From contig NW_027361810.1 of the NCBI RefSeq assembly GCF_039654945.1, positions 25,234,001 through 25,298,000 of the forward strand: a stretch of 64,000 nucleotides of DNA, given 5' to 3'. The notes below the pieces were generated by a model. That model saw only the letters and a list, made by a program, of their open reading frames with translations. It did not search any database and was not told the origin of the DNA. Position numbers and translations under genes: made by a program. The first letter of the stretch is position 1; every line of letters starts with the position of its first letter. This document shows, piece after piece, positions 62,895 to 64,000 of this stretch. The stretch comes from Dendrobates tinctorius. Taxonomy: Eukaryota.

Positions 62895-63336
62895 GGCTAG
62901 TTTCACACTAGTGTTTATGAGCGCAGCGACGGCCTGCGCACGGCCGCCGCTAAGCCCCGCCCCCTGTCGCGCCCCGCCGGTAGCTCCGCCCACCGGCGCA
63001 TGACGCTGCATGCGCCCTGCGTCCCCTATCTTTATCACAGGGGGGCGCAGGCCGTGCGCAGTATGCGTTTGGCGGCGCATGCGTCCTTTTGACGGTGTGC
63101 CGATCTGCGCCAAACGCAGCAGGTTGCGTTTGGCGCAGGTCGGCGCACCGTCAAAAGGACGCATGCGCCACCAAAACGCATACTGCGCACGGCCTGCGCC
63201 CCCTGTGATAAAGATAGGGGACGCAGGGCGCATGCAGCGTCATGAGCCGGTGGGCGGAGCTACCGGCGGGGCGGGGCTTAGCGGCGGCCGTGCGCAGGCA
63301 GTCGCTGCGCTCATAAACGCTAGTGTGAAACTAGCC
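62895..63336. mobile_element. Near-perfect palindromic Harbinger-type MITE (442 bp)
   Basis: TAA|ggctagtttcacactag ... ctagtgtgaaactagcc|TAA. Confidence 0.9.
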
Positions 63337-63670
63337 TAAGAATAGGAATGCCCATTCTGCTATGTGAAGCTGGATGCACAGAGAGGTAGATAGAGATGAA
63401 AAAAACCGCAAAGGTACGAGAAGGAAACGTTATGTTTAGTCCGCAAATTAAAACCACAACACTGTTCCGTAACCTTTATTTTACGTTATACTGACCAAAT
63501 TAAGTCCAAAAGACTTTCTTTTGGCATCCGCCTAGCTAATGGAAACGTATGGAAACATTTATTTTTAATTTCAAGAGTTTTCCTGGTGTTCAAGCTAATC
63601 ATTCAAGAATAAAACTAAGCCTAACAACTGTGGATAGGAGAGCATTGCCGATAGTGGTGCACATTGTTAA

Positions 63671-64000
63671 CCCCTTCGCACCCGAGCCTGTTTTTGCTTT
63701 CGTGACCGGGCCAATTTTTTCAATTCTGACCAGTGTCACTTTATGAGGTCATAACTCTAGAACGCTTCAACGGATCCTACTGATTCTGACATTGTTTTCT
63801 CATGACATATCGTACTTCATGATGGTGGTAAAAAATTTTAGATATGATCTGCGCCTATTTGTTAAAAAAATCAAAATTTGGCGAAAATTTAGAAAATTTT
63901 GCAATTTTCAAACTTTTAATTTTTATGCCCTTAAATCAGAGAGTGATATCACACAAAATAGTTAATAAATAACATTTCCCACATGTCTACTTTACATCTG
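63671..64000. mobile_element. Left end of a piggyBac-like non-autonomous element, running off the window
   Basis: TTAA|CCCCTT terminus; no right end visible. Confidence 0.45.

Overview
Repeat-rich vertebrate genomic DNA, most likely an anuran amphibian judging by the repeat landscape (T2-type and Harbinger-type MITEs, several Tc1 families, DIRS, CR1, Penelope-like foldbacks). The window holds two host genes, both on the minus strand. (1) A complete six-exon ARL5A gene: CDS 56243->41950, 540 nt, 179 aa, all introns GT-AG. Its promoter has CRE, YY1 and ZNF143-type motifs, and there is a likely polyA signal near 41270. (2) The 5' end of nebulin (NEB): a start exon MADDEEYEEYE at 18293-18261 and a 45-nt second coding exon YSYEETIIEEGGTEE at 8273-8229, matching the known NEB-ARL5A gene order. 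Mobile elements include the 3' end of a chromodomain Gypsy with its LTR, a related solo LTR with a 5-bp TSD, a near-intact young DIRS inside ARL5A intron 3, an internally deleted second DIRS, a full-length Tc1 disabled by a nested MITE, other Tc1 and CR1 fragments, a non-autonomous Helitron and many MITEs. The most interesting observations are three. First, the DIRS gag appears to contain a spliceosomal intron with two alternative in-frame donors, and its acceptor is also in frame with ARL5A exon 3. Second, a 5' leader hairpin sits at the same position in both DIRS families. Third, there is a set of foldback insertions carrying hammerhead-ribozyme-like cores, one with a variant CCGUAGA core. 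Coordinates were counted by hand and may be off by a few bases. No database searches were run.
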